A DNA stretch of 64,000 nt, taken from an uncultured bacterium. Lineage in GTDB: Bacteria > Planctomycetota > UBA1135 > UBA2386. Positions 9,505-17,652 of the stretch are shown piece after piece. The position numbers and the translations under genes are program-made. Position 1 is the first letter of the stretch; every line of letters begins with the position of its first letter. The stretch is from assembly GCA_937906475.1 (NCBI GenBank), contig CALCZA010000217.1:17844-81843 (forward strand), given 5' to 3'. The notes below the pieces were generated by a model. The model did no database searches. It had not been told where the DNA came from and saw nothing but the letters and a program-made list of their open reading frames with translations.

Positions 9505-10202
9505 GCTTGATCCAGCTTCGTAACGTCACCAAGACGTTCGCATCCGGCGCAGAGACCGTCACGCCGGTCGACAAGCTCGACTTCGATGTCGAGCAGGGCG
9601 AGTTCGTCTGCCTGATGGGACCCTCAGGCAGCGGCAAGACCACATTACTTCACATGCTGGCGGGCATCGACAGGCCGACGTCGGGCACCGTCCACGTCGG
9701 CGGCGAAGAAGTCTCGGCGATGGCCGCTAGCCAACTCGCAAAGTGGCGCACGCGAGCCGTCGGCTACGTGTTCCAGCAATACAACTTGATCCCGGTGTTG
9801 ACGGCGTATGAGAACGTCGAAGTGCCGCTGCTCTTGCTGCGCATGACGAAGCAAGACCGGCAGAAGCGCGTCGCAACCGCGCTCGCCGCCGTCGGGCTCA
9901 CCGACCGCGCGCACCACATCCCCAGACAGATGTCTGGCGGCCAGCAACAACGCGTCGCGATCGCACGCGCAATCGTGGCCGACCCGGTCGTGATGTTTGC
10001 CGACGAACCAACCGGCAACCTCGACCGCGAAGCAGCGACGGCGACGATGGCTTTGCTTCGCCAGCTAGTCGAAGAATTTGGCAAGACCCTCGTCATGGTG
10101 ACACACGATCCGCAGGCCGCCAAGAAGGCCGACCGCATCGTGCATCTAGACAAGGGCCAGATCGTCGAAGGCGAACTCACCCACGAGGACCACCATGCGT
10201 AG
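9501..10202 (+). CDS. ABC transporter ATP-binding protein, MacB/LolD type
   Basis: Walker [10 protein letters not shown], signature [14 protein letters not shown], Walker [14 protein letters not shown]-loop VTHD. Confidence 0.95.
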   Translation: MSLIQLRNVTKTFASGAETVTPVDKLDFDVEQGEFVCLMGPSGSGKTTLLHMLAGIDRPTSGTVHVGGEEVSAMAASQLAKWRTRAVGYVFQQYNLIPVLTAYENVEVPLLLLRMTKQDRQKRVATALAAVGLTDRAHHIPRQMSGGQQQRVAIARAIVADPVVMFADEPTGNLDREAATATMALLRQLVEEFGKTLVMVTHDPQAAKKADRIVHLDKGQIVEGELTHEDHHA

Positions 10203-11337
10203 CTTATTCGCGTTCTTCCCCTACGTATTGCGCACGGCATGGCGTGCCCGCACCCGCAGCTTGTTGACCATCCTCGGCGGCACGTTCGCCATGATGTTGT
10301 TCGCGTTTGTGCGGACGGTTGACGACGGCGTGCACCAATTGTCGGAACGCACCGCGCAACCAGTGTTGGTAGTGTTCCAAGACAGCCGGTTCTGCCCGCT
10401 GACCAGCGAACTTCCGGTGCGCTACGAGAGCGACATCCGCAAGATCCCCGGCGTGCAAGATGTGTTGCCGACGCTGGTGTTCATCAACTCGTGCCGCTCC
10501 AACCTCGACTTGGTCACGCTGCACGGAGTGCCGTTCGACGAACTCGAGAAGCTCTACGATCTCGAAGTCATCGAGGGCAGCATCGCAGACTGGAAATCTC
10601 GCAGCGACGGAGCGCTGGTAGGCGAGCGGCTAGCCGAGCGACGTAAACTCAAAGTCGGTGAGCGAGTGCAACTCAGCGAAGTCGACGTGCACGTCAGCGG
10701 CATCATCCGTAGCGAGTCCGCCGCCGTCGGCAACCTCGCCTTCGTACCACTCGACCTGCTGAGCCTCGCCCGCGAGCGACAAGGTGCCGCGACCCAATTC
10801 ATGGTCAAGGTCGATCCGAACGCGGACCCCGACGAGATCTCACGCGCCATCGACGAACACTTCCGCACCGATGAAGCACGCACCGACACCAAGGGCATGC
10901 AAGCATTCGTCGCCGCCGCCATCGCCGAGATCAAGGAGGTCGTCGACTTCGCCCGCTGGCTCGGCTACCTCGGCGTCATCATCGTCGCATTGGTCGTTGC
11001 CAACACGGTGTTCATCAGCGCCGAGTCGCGCATCGGCGAAATGGGCGTGCTCGAAACGGTCGGCATGCAGAAACCAATGCTGATGGCGTTGATCGCCGGT
11101 GAAGGCATCGGCCTCGGCATGATCGGCGGCATCCTAGGCACCGGCATCGTCACCGTGTTGCTATTGATCTGGCCAGTTACGCTCGGCGTCGAAGGCCACG
11201 GCATCGATCTCGCCCCGAGCGTGCGCATGGTCACGCAATCGCTAGTTGCCGCGCTCGTCGTCGGCGTCGTCGCCTCGTTGCCGCCGGCCATCGCCGTGGC
11301 ACGCCGCCCGCTCTACCTCGGGGTCAAGGCAGACTGA
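10195..11337 (+). CDS. ABC transporter permease, FtsX/MacB type (subunit 1)
   Basis: 380 aa with an N-terminal TM, a ~220-aa periplasmic domain and three C-terminal TMs, which is FtsX-like topology. It has an 8-nt overlap with the ATPase gene. Confidence 0.85.
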   Translation: MRSLFAFFPYVLRTAWRARTRSLLTILGGTFAMMLFAFVRTVDDGVHQLSERTAQPVLVVFQDSRFCPLTSELPVRYESDIRKIPGVQDVLPTLVFINSCRSNLDLVTLHGVPFDELEKLYDLEVIEGSIADWKSRSDGALVGERLAERRKLKVGERVQLSEVDVHVSGIIRSESAAVGNLAFVPLDLLSLARERQGAATQFMVKVDPNADPDEISRAIDEHFRTDEARTDTKGMQAFVAAAIAEIKEVVDFARWLGYLGVIIVALVVANTVFISAESRIGEMGVLETVGMQKPMLMALIAGEGIGLGMIGGILGTGIVTVLLLIWPVTLGVEGHGIDLAPSVRMVTQSLVAALVVGVVASLPPAIAVARRPLYLGVKAD

Positions 11338-12476
11338 TGCTTCCTTTCAGCTACCTACTCCGCAACTTGCTGCGGCGCCGCGTGCGCACGTTCGTCACCA
11401 TCGCAGGTATCGCGGCGACGACGCTGTTGGTCATTGGCATGAGTGCGTTCGCCGCCGGCATGCACGAAGCGGCGGAAGGCAACGTGCGGCACGACTCGGT
11501 CTATCTGCTCGGTTCGTCGGCTGAAGTCGACCTAGTGCGGTCCGTCGTCAAGCGCGGCCACGCCGAGGTCGCTGCGGCATCCGTCCCTGGAGTGCTCACC
11601 GTTGGCGGCCAACGCGCTGCTTCGGTGGAGTTGCATATCGCAACGCGCAACGGCACGCAGATCGGCTTGCTACGCGGCGTGACCAACGCCGCGTATCTCG
11701 CGCACCCCATGGTCACGGTCATTGAAGGCCGCGAACCGCGCGCTCCGTTCGAGATCATGATCGGGGCGCTTGCCGCCGCACGCATGGAACTCACGCCCGC
11801 AGATGTCGCCATCGGCAAGACGATGGAACTCGAACGCCGCGACTTCACGATCGTCGGCCACTTCTCAGCGCCCGGCTCAGTCTACGAAGCAGAACTGTGG
11901 GCACGGCTGACTGACGTCATGCTCGTGACCAAACGCGAGGACGTGTCGTGTGTCGTGCTGCGACTCAAGGACCCGAGCCAACTCAAGTACGTGAACAAGT
12001 TCGCGGCCGAACGCGTCGACCTTGAAATCGACGCCGTGCCAGAACCCGTGCTGATGCGCCAACTCGCAAGCAGTCTGACACCGATCGCTGAATTGGCTCT
12101 GTGGATGGCATTCATGGCCGTCGTCGCCGGCGCGTTCGCCTGCGCCAACACGATGTTCGCCGCCGTGCTCGCCCGCACCCGCGAACTCGCAACGCTGCGC
12201 GCGCTCGGCTACTCGCCGACCGCCATCGCGATTGGCCTGGTCCAAGAATCAGTGCTCGTCGCGTTCCTCGGTGGCGCAATCGGCACTCTCATCGCTCTCG
12301 GAATCGGGGATGTATCCCTTCGCTACCCAATGGGTGCGATGCTGTTGCAAGCCGATCTCACAAGTCGCGCCATTGGACTGAGCGCGGCGATACTCTCTGG
12401 ATTGCTCGGCGGTATCGTGCCAGCAGTTCGCGCAGTCCGTCTACCCCTAGTCGAGGCCATTGGAGGCCGTGCATAA
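11337..12476 (+). CDS. ABC transporter permease, FtsX/MacB type (subunit 2)
   Basis: 379 aa with the same topology as the preceding gene and a TGATG overlap. Contains a FtsX-like segment (ELATLRALGYSPTAIAIGLVQES). Confidence 0.85.
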   Translation: MLPFSYLLRNLLRRRVRTFVTIAGIAATTLLVIGMSAFAAGMHEAAEGNVRHDSVYLLGSSAEVDLVRSVVKRGHAEVAAASVPGVLTVGGQRAASVELHIATRNGTQIGLLRGVTNAAYLAHPMVTVIEGREPRAPFEIMIGALAAARMELTPADVAIGKTMELERRDFTIVGHFSAPGSVYEAELWARLTDVMLVTKREDVSCVVLRLKDPSQLKYVNKFAAERVDLEIDAVPEPVLMRQLASSLTPIAELALWMAFMAVVAGAFACANTMFAAVLARTRELATLRALGYSPTAIAIGLVQESVLVAFLGGAIGTLIALGIGDVSLRYPMGAMLLQADLTSRAIGLSAAILSGLLGGIVPAVRAVRLPLVEAIGGRA

Positions 12477-13009
12477 TGTCTAAGCTCTACGTCACTCTCT
12501 CTCTCCTCACTGTTCTCGCTGCGTGCGGCGCCAAGCAGGCCGAAACGCCCAATGACGTCGCACCGACCGGCACGGACGCACTGACGTTGGCCACCGATCC
12601 AGGCGCCGCTATCAGTGTGCTCCAGGCCAAGGAAGCTGGCGCGAAGAAGGGCGTCGTCGTCGAGGGTCGCGTCTACGACCTAACTAAGGACTGGGCGATG
12701 ATGAAAGTCATGGAGGTGTCGATGGACTACTGCGGCGAGGTCAACAAGGAAGAGAAGTGCCCGACACCGTGGGACTACTGCTGCGACACCCCAGAGGACC
12801 GCGCGGCCAACTCGCTGCTAGTCAAGGCCGTCGACGACAAGGGCGAGACTCTCGAAGTTCCGGCGATGCCGGGCATGCGCCTCATCGACAAGGTCAAGAT
12901 CACCGGCGAGTTAACCAAGGACGAGCACGGCAACTTCGTCTTGCTCGCCAATGGCATCTTCCGCGTCGAGCGGCCGAAACTCCCCGATCACGTCATGTGG
13001 CCTGAGTAG
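12476..13009 (+). CDS. Small lipoprotein with C-x9-C-x6-CC cluster, unknown family
   Basis: The internal ATG at 12476 (TAATG overlap with the permease stop) gives the lipobox MSKLYVTLSLLTVLAAC. The longer 12101 form overlaps the permease out of frame and is rejected. Contains the motif CGEVNKEEKCPTPWDYCC. Confidence 0.7.
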   Translation: MSKLYVTLSLLTVLAACGAKQAETPNDVAPTGTDALTLATDPGAAISVLQAKEAGAKKGVVVEGRVYDLTKDWAMMKVMEVSMDYCGEVNKEEKCPTPWDYCCDTPEDRAANSLLVKAVDDKGETLEVPAMPGMRLIDKVKITGELTKDEHGNFVLLANGIFRVERPKLPDHVMWPE

Positions 13010-13129
13010 GTCACGTAGCCAGTAGTTGACAACTTCTGAAGTTCGCGGGAACTAACCGCGACCGATGCAGTTCATGTGGGCCCGCGCAACCGCGCGGCAC
13101 CATCCCTCCCAAATCACGAGGACGAGCTG

Positions 13130-14038
13130 ATGATTGCACACTTCTTCGCCGGCTGCTTAGTCGCCCTCGCGGGCATTCCCGCCACCACAACTCCCAGTCC
13201 CGCCGCCATTCGAGGCGCTGCTGCCTTCCCAGACCTTGTCACGCCGGGAACACGCGGGATAAAGGTCGAGTTGCAGATCGACGCGCAAGCGCTGATCGAT
13301 CATTGCTGCGTCCAGCATGTCGTCACCAAGGGCGACACGCTGGCGAAGATAGCGGCCAATCACCGCAAGCACATAATGACGGGCAAGACGGGATCTCTCG
13401 ACCGCATCCAGGCGACCACCGCCAAGGACATCCTGGCGCTCAACCCAGGGCTCAACCCCGACAAGCTAGTCGTCAACCAACGCATCTGGATGCCACCGCG
13501 CATTCCAGCAGCTATCAAGACCGAGAACATCTTCGTGTTCATGGATCAGTCGGGGCCCTTCTCCACCGGTGGGACAGACCGTGGTTTCGCACCGACTGAC
13601 AAGATGATCGCTCGGCGCCGCGGCAATACAGGTTTCTGGCTGGTTCCAAGCAGCCAGATGGAGATCTACGCCAAGGTCAAGAAGGCGCGCGACTGGCAGG
13701 GAATCGAGAGCATGAAGAAGTCGGGCAAGATCCAGACTCTGACGACCAATGGATCAGCGCACTCAGTCTGGGACGAGAGTCCGGTGCACAACTGCAAGGA
13801 TACGATCACCATCGAACGCAGCAAGAAGGGCGTGCTCTCGGCGAAGCTGACCAGCATCGCCTATGACAAGGCCGGCCAAGTCGTACCGCCTAACGAACGC
13901 AATAAGGATCACCGCCAGAACAAGAGGGGCATGTGGTTCTTGCTGCTGCCGTTCCTCGGTGGTGGTTGGTTGCTGTGGCAAATCCGCCGACAACGCTCTG
14001 CAACTCAAAGCCCGCCAGCGATGCTCACTACGGCATGA
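13130..14038 (+). CDS. Secreted LysM-like protein with C-terminal TM/Arg tail
   Basis: The ATG at 13130 gives the signal MIAHFFAGCLVALAGIPA. There is a LysM-like segment VVTKGDTLAKIAANH...ILALNPGLNPDKLVVNQRIWMP with an insertion, and a C-terminal tail MWFLLLPFLGGGWLLWQIRRQR. Confidence 0.7.
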   Translation: MIAHFFAGCLVALAGIPATTTPSPAAIRGAAAFPDLVTPGTRGIKVELQIDAQALIDHCCVQHVVTKGDTLAKIAANHRKHIMTGKTGSLDRIQATTAKDILALNPGLNPDKLVVNQRIWMPPRIPAAIKTENIFVFMDQSGPFSTGGTDRGFAPTDKMIARRRGNTGFWLVPSSQMEIYAKVKKARDWQGIESMKKSGKIQTLTTNGSAHSVWDESPVHNCKDTITIERSKKGVLSAKLTSIAYDKAGQVVPPNERNKDHRQNKRGMWFLLLPFLGGGWLLWQIRRQRSATQSPPAMLTTA

Positions 14039-14976
14039 GACTACTAGCTGCAGTCGCGCTCGTGCTCGGCAGCGCCGCCGCTGCCGCCATCGCACCGATT
14101 TGGACCTACGCGATTTCGCTGGCACTGTTCGGCTTGCCACACGTGTTGGTCGAATTGCGCTATGTCGACGAACGTTTCGCCGCACGCATGCCGCGCAACC
14201 TGATCTTAGGCTTGGGCGTCGGCCTGGCGGGCATCGTGCTGATGCGTGCCTTCGGGCTACTTGGCGCCGGCACGAGCGACGAACGCATCACACTAGAACT
14301 GGTGCTCGGCGTCAGCTTGATCGCAGTCGCGTTCCCACTGCTGCGACGTGCCAAGACTTCGCCGCTCGCAATCGCCGTCGGTGGCGGCCTACTGCTCGGG
14401 ATCATCTACGCTCCGATCGCCACACTGGTCACGATGGCGTTGCTGCACAATCTGACGCCGGTTGGGTTCTTGGCCGAACGACTGCAGGGCGCCGAACGAC
14501 GCCGCGCCATGGCGCTCTGTGCGATCGTGTTTGGCGTGATCCCGGCCGCGATACTGATCCTGCCAGCGTCGGTCACGATGCTGACCGGCCCACTCACCGT
14601 TGGTCATCTCGATGACCACATCTCAACGTTCGTGCCCCCCGCACTGCTAGGAACGACATTCGCCGACCGACTGTTCGCCGCGGCGGCATTCCTGCAATGC
14701 ATGCACTACGCCGTCGTCATGCACGTGTTGCCGCGCTTGTCTGGCGGTACCGAGGCCACGTCCGCAGTGGTGCCATGGCCGAAGCAGCGCCTGTTCACCG
14801 CAGTGGTCGTCGCCGTTGGCTTACTGATGACCATCGGCTTCATCGCAAACTTCCGCAGCGCGCGGTCGGTCTACTCGATGTTCGCAGCGGTGCATGCGTG
14901 GATTGAGATCCCGGTGCTGCTGATCGCCTGCGCCGTGCTGCCGCGCCACGCCACCTCCCAAACCATCGCCACATGA
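14035..14976 (+). CDS. Polytopic (~8 TM) membrane protein with His residues in hydrophobic segments, unknown family
   Basis: The ATG at 14035 overlaps the upstream stop (ATGA). It has hydrophobic segments throughout, including GLPHVLVE, LLHNLTP, CMHYAVVMH and AVHAWIE. Confidence 0.75.
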   Translation: MRLLAAVALVLGSAAAAAIAPIWTYAISLALFGLPHVLVELRYVDERFAARMPRNLILGLGVGLAGIVLMRAFGLLGAGTSDERITLELVLGVSLIAVAFPLLRRAKTSPLAIAVGGGLLLGIIYAPIATLVTMALLHNLTPVGFLAERLQGAERRRAMALCAIVFGVIPAAILILPASVTMLTGPLTVGHLDDHISTFVPPALLGTTFADRLFAAAAFLQCMHYAVVMHVLPRLSGGTEATSAVVPWPKQRLFTAVVVAVGLLMTIGFIANFRSARSVYSMFAAVHAWIEIPVLLIACAVLPRHATSQTIAT

Positions 14977-15275
14977 CCTGGCTATATGCGTTCTTGCTGA
15001 CCGCAGCGATCGAACTGCCAATCGTGGCACTACTTGCAGGCCGCGGCAAACGCCGTCGCGGCGCCACCGACTCGATCGGCGCCAACCTCGTAACCCACCC
15101 CATCGCGTGGTTCCTGGTGCGCTCGATGGAAGCGCCGTGGTTGGTGGTCGAGATCGGCGTGTTCGTCGCGGAGGGCCTGATCTATCGCCAGGTAACCCGA
15201 ATGCCGTGGCTGCGCGCTGTTGCCGCCGCACTGCTCGCGAACGGTATTACAGCCGCGCTTTCGTTCGTGGTCTGA
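14973..15275 (+). CDS. Small (100 aa) 3-TM membrane protein, unknown family
   Basis: ATGA overlap with the upstream gene. Contains AAIELPIVALL, NLVTHPIAWF and VVEIGVFVAEGLIY. Confidence 0.6.
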   Translation: MTWLYAFLLTAAIELPIVALLAGRGKRRRGATDSIGANLVTHPIAWFLVRSMEAPWLVVEIGVFVAEGLIYRQVTRMPWLRAVAAALLANGITAALSFVV

Positions 15276-15321
15276 CGATCGCTACGGGCTAGGTCGGCAC
15301 AGAACCGCTAGAACGAACGCT

Positions 15322-16533
15322 GTGCGTTACGAACACCACCTCCATGCCGCACGGTCGACGAAGGAATACGTCTTCCACCAATTGCTGCCATACCTCGGCA
15401 ATAAGCGGCACCTGCTCGACCTGATTGCTCGCGCACTGGACGGCACGGGAGTTCGGCCGGAGAAGGCAACGTTCGTCGATGCGTTCGCCGGCAGCGGCGT
15501 CGTCTCACGACTTGCCAAGCACCTCGGGTTCGCTGTCATCGCCAACGACTGGGAACCGTACGCACGAACCGTCAACGCCGCGGCACTCCTGCACGATGCA
15601 GAACCCGCAATGGCGAAACTAGGGGGTTATCGCCAGGCGCTCGCGACCCTCAACGCCTTGCCAGGAGTCGATGGCTGGATCACGCGCACCTTGTGCCCTA
15701 ACGATGACGACCATGCGGACCCACTGCGCGAACGCATGTTCTATCGCAAGGCAAGCGGGCAACGCTTTGATGCGATCCGGCAGCAGATCAGTGACTGGGT
15801 CGACGACCGTTCGTGCAGCGAGCACGATGCGCACTGCCTGCTGGCGCCGCTGCTCTACCAAGCGTGTTGGCTCGCCAACACCAGCGGCGTCTTCAAGGGT
15901 TTCCACGCCGGTTGGGGTGGCAAGAACGGCACCGCCCTGCATCGCATTCTCGCCGACCTGCAGATGTTGCCGCTGCAGTTCTGCAGCAGCCAACGCGAGC
16001 ACAAGGTCATGTCCCTCGATGCATTCGATCTGCGAGGTGCGATCGCCGAGCGCCCCGACGTCGCCTACCTCGACCCGCCATACAACCAGCATCCCTACGC
16101 GAGCAATTACCACGTGCTCAACTCGCTCGTACAGTGGGACCAACCGGATCTTCCGCCCGCCACGGAACGCGGCTTCAAGGCAGCGATCCGCCCGGACTGG
16201 CGCGAGCGTCGCAGTCGGTTCAACGAGCGACACGGAGCAGCCGAGGCGATGCAGCGGTTGATGGCGTCGATGGACGCGCGCCACCTACTGATCAGCTACA
16301 GCACCGATGGCTGGATCCCGCTCGAGCGATTGCTGCACGATGCCAGTGAGCACGGTGCACTCACCGTTCACTGCCGCAGTTACAAGCGCTACCGCACCAG
16401 CCCGACCCGCCCATCACCGCGGCCAACGAACGTCGAGTTCGTGCTGCACGTCAACCGCGAACGATTAGCGCTTCCGGGTCAAGTCGAATCGGTGTTGGGC
16501 GACATCCGAGAAGCCGCACCACAGACTCTGTAA
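15322..16533 (+). CDS. D12/Dam-class N6-adenine DNA methyltransferase
   Basis: Contains LLPYLGNKRHLL (motif X-like), FVDAFAGSGVV (SAM motif I) and AYLDPPYNQH (DPPY catalytic motif). The listed start at 15220 is TTG and overlaps the previous gene, so the GTG at 15322 is preferred. The start is uncertain. Confidence 0.85.
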   Translation: MRYEHHLHAARSTKEYVFHQLLPYLGNKRHLLDLIARALDGTGVRPEKATFVDAFAGSGVVSRLAKHLGFAVIANDWEPYARTVNAAALLHDAEPAMAKLGGYRQALATLNALPGVDGWITRTLCPNDDDHADPLRERMFYRKASGQRFDAIRQQISDWVDDRSCSEHDAHCLLAPLLYQACWLANTSGVFKGFHAGWGGKNGTALHRILADLQMLPLQFCSSQREHKVMSLDAFDLRGAIAERPDVAYLDPPYNQHPYASNYHVLNSLVQWDQPDLPPATERGFKAAIRPDWRERRSRFNERHGAAEAMQRLMASMDARHLLISYSTDGWIPLERLLHDASEHGALTVHCRSYKRYRTSPTRPSPRPTNVEFVLHVNRERLALPGQVESVLGDIREAAPQTL

Positions 16534-16627
16534 GCGCTGGGGATCCAGGGTCGAAGGCCCCGCGAGTTCGAAGCCGCTAATCTACTTGTCGAGCGAACCC
16601 CAACCTCTCGGCCTCTAACGGCCGCTG

Positions 16628-17626
16628 CTACTTGAGCGCCTTCTTGCCGGGTTTGCTCAGTGTCTTGACCCTGCCCTTACCGAGCTTGATCTTGCGCGGC
16701 GCCGGCAGGTAGTGCACGCCGTTCTCGCTGCGCGTCGAATCGAGAGCGAACGCGTCGCGGTTGTTGAGAAAATCGATCACGTACTTTGACGGGATCGCGA
16801 AGTTCAAACCCTGCATACCGGTGTAGCCCGAACTGTTCACGCCGACGACTTCGCCACGCAAGTTGAACAACGGACCACCCGAGTTACCGGGATTGATCGG
16901 AGTCGTGATCTGGAAGTGGCAACGACCTTCGAATGTGCGGTTAGTGACACTGACAATGCCGCTCGACACGGTTCGGTCGAGCCCGATCGGCGCGCCAATC
17001 GCGTAAACGGCATCGCCGACATTCATCTCATCGCTCGCGCCCAAGAACACGGTCTTAAATTGCAGGTCCTTCTGCGGCTCCATCTTCACCAATGCTAAGT
17101 CCATCGCAGGATTGATAGCGGCAACCTTGGCCTTGCGAATCGTGCGCGGCTCGAAGCCACCGTTGGTAGCCGGGTAGACCACAACGTCAACTTCGACCTC
17201 GCCCTTGACGACGTGGAAGTTGGTGACCAGCCAACCATCTTCGTGGGTGATAAAACCCGAACCAAGGCCACCGCCAGTCTCAACCTTGACGACTGCCTCA
17301 CCCATCATCTTCGAACCTTCGGCAACCGACAACTGCGGCAGTTCAGCCTTCGACCAGAGCTTCTGACGAATGATGCGGCCAGTGCGCTTGCCTGCAACCG
17401 TCTCGCGCCGGAGCACCGAAGCGAGCGGCACGCGCACGACATCGAACCCCAGATCCAGCAGCACCATTTGCTCGGTGGCGCGCAACACACGCCCCTGAAG
17501 CTTGCAGCCATTCCCTAGGTCAAGGACCTCGATATTTTGGCCACCGGGTTTAATCGCCGGAACCGACGGAGCGGCGGGGACAGGGTCTTGTACGGAGAAG
17601 AGCAGGGTCAGAGTTGCCAGCAGCAT
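16628..17626 (-). CDS. Trypsin-like serine protease, S1C (HtrA/DegP-like) without an evident PDZ domain
   Basis: Catalytic motifs TNFHVV, MDLALVK and INPGNSGGPLFN. The ATG at 17626 gives the signal MLLATLTLLFSV and avoids overlap with the divergent gene. Confidence 0.9.
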   Translation of the reverse strand: MLLATLTLLFSVQDPVPAAPSVPAIKPGGQNIEVLDLGNGCKLQGRVLRATEQMVLLDLGFDVVRVPLASVLRRETVAGKRTGRIIRQKLWSKAELPQLSVAEGSKMMGEAVVKVETGGGLGSGFITHEDGWLVTNFHVVKGEVEVDVVVYPATNGGFEPRTIRKAKVAAINPAMDLALVKMEPQKDLQFKTVFLGASDEMNVGDAVYAIGAPIGLDRTVSSGIVSVTNRTFEGRCHFQITTPINPGNSGGPLFNLRGEVVGVNSSGYTGMQGLNFAIPSKYVIDFLNNRDAFALDSTRSENGVHYLPAPRKIKLGKGRVKTLSKPGKKALK

Positions 17627-17652
17627 TATGTAGACAATAGATTGCCAACCGG

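Noticed and set aside
9501-12476. Interpretation as the lipoprotein-release system LolCDE
   Set aside because: The ATPase plus two-permease layout fits Lol. However, direct overlap-coupling to a TolC-like channel and a HlyD-type adaptor indicates a tripartite MacAB-like efflux pump instead.
12101-13009. Long 302-aa form of the lipoprotein ORF
   Set aside because: The first 125 codons overlap the FtsX permease in another frame and are Arg/His-rich. The internal ATG at 12476 gives a proper lipobox and a TAATG coupling.
14035-14976. Possible Brp/Blh beta-carotene dioxygenase or CtaA/COX15 haem A synthase
   Set aside because: GLPHVLVE superficially resembles the Blh GxPHGAxD motif, and four TM His recall CtaA. 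However, the remaining His spacings do not fit either family as I remember them, and no carotenoid, rhodopsin or cytochrome oxidase genes are nearby. I left it unassigned.
16545-16600. tRNA-like GGTCGAA / GTTCGAA boxes in the convergent spacer
   Set aside because: I could not fold flanking sequence into an acceptor stem or cloverleaf, so the T-loop-like heptamers are probably chance occurrences. tRNAscan-SE would settle this.
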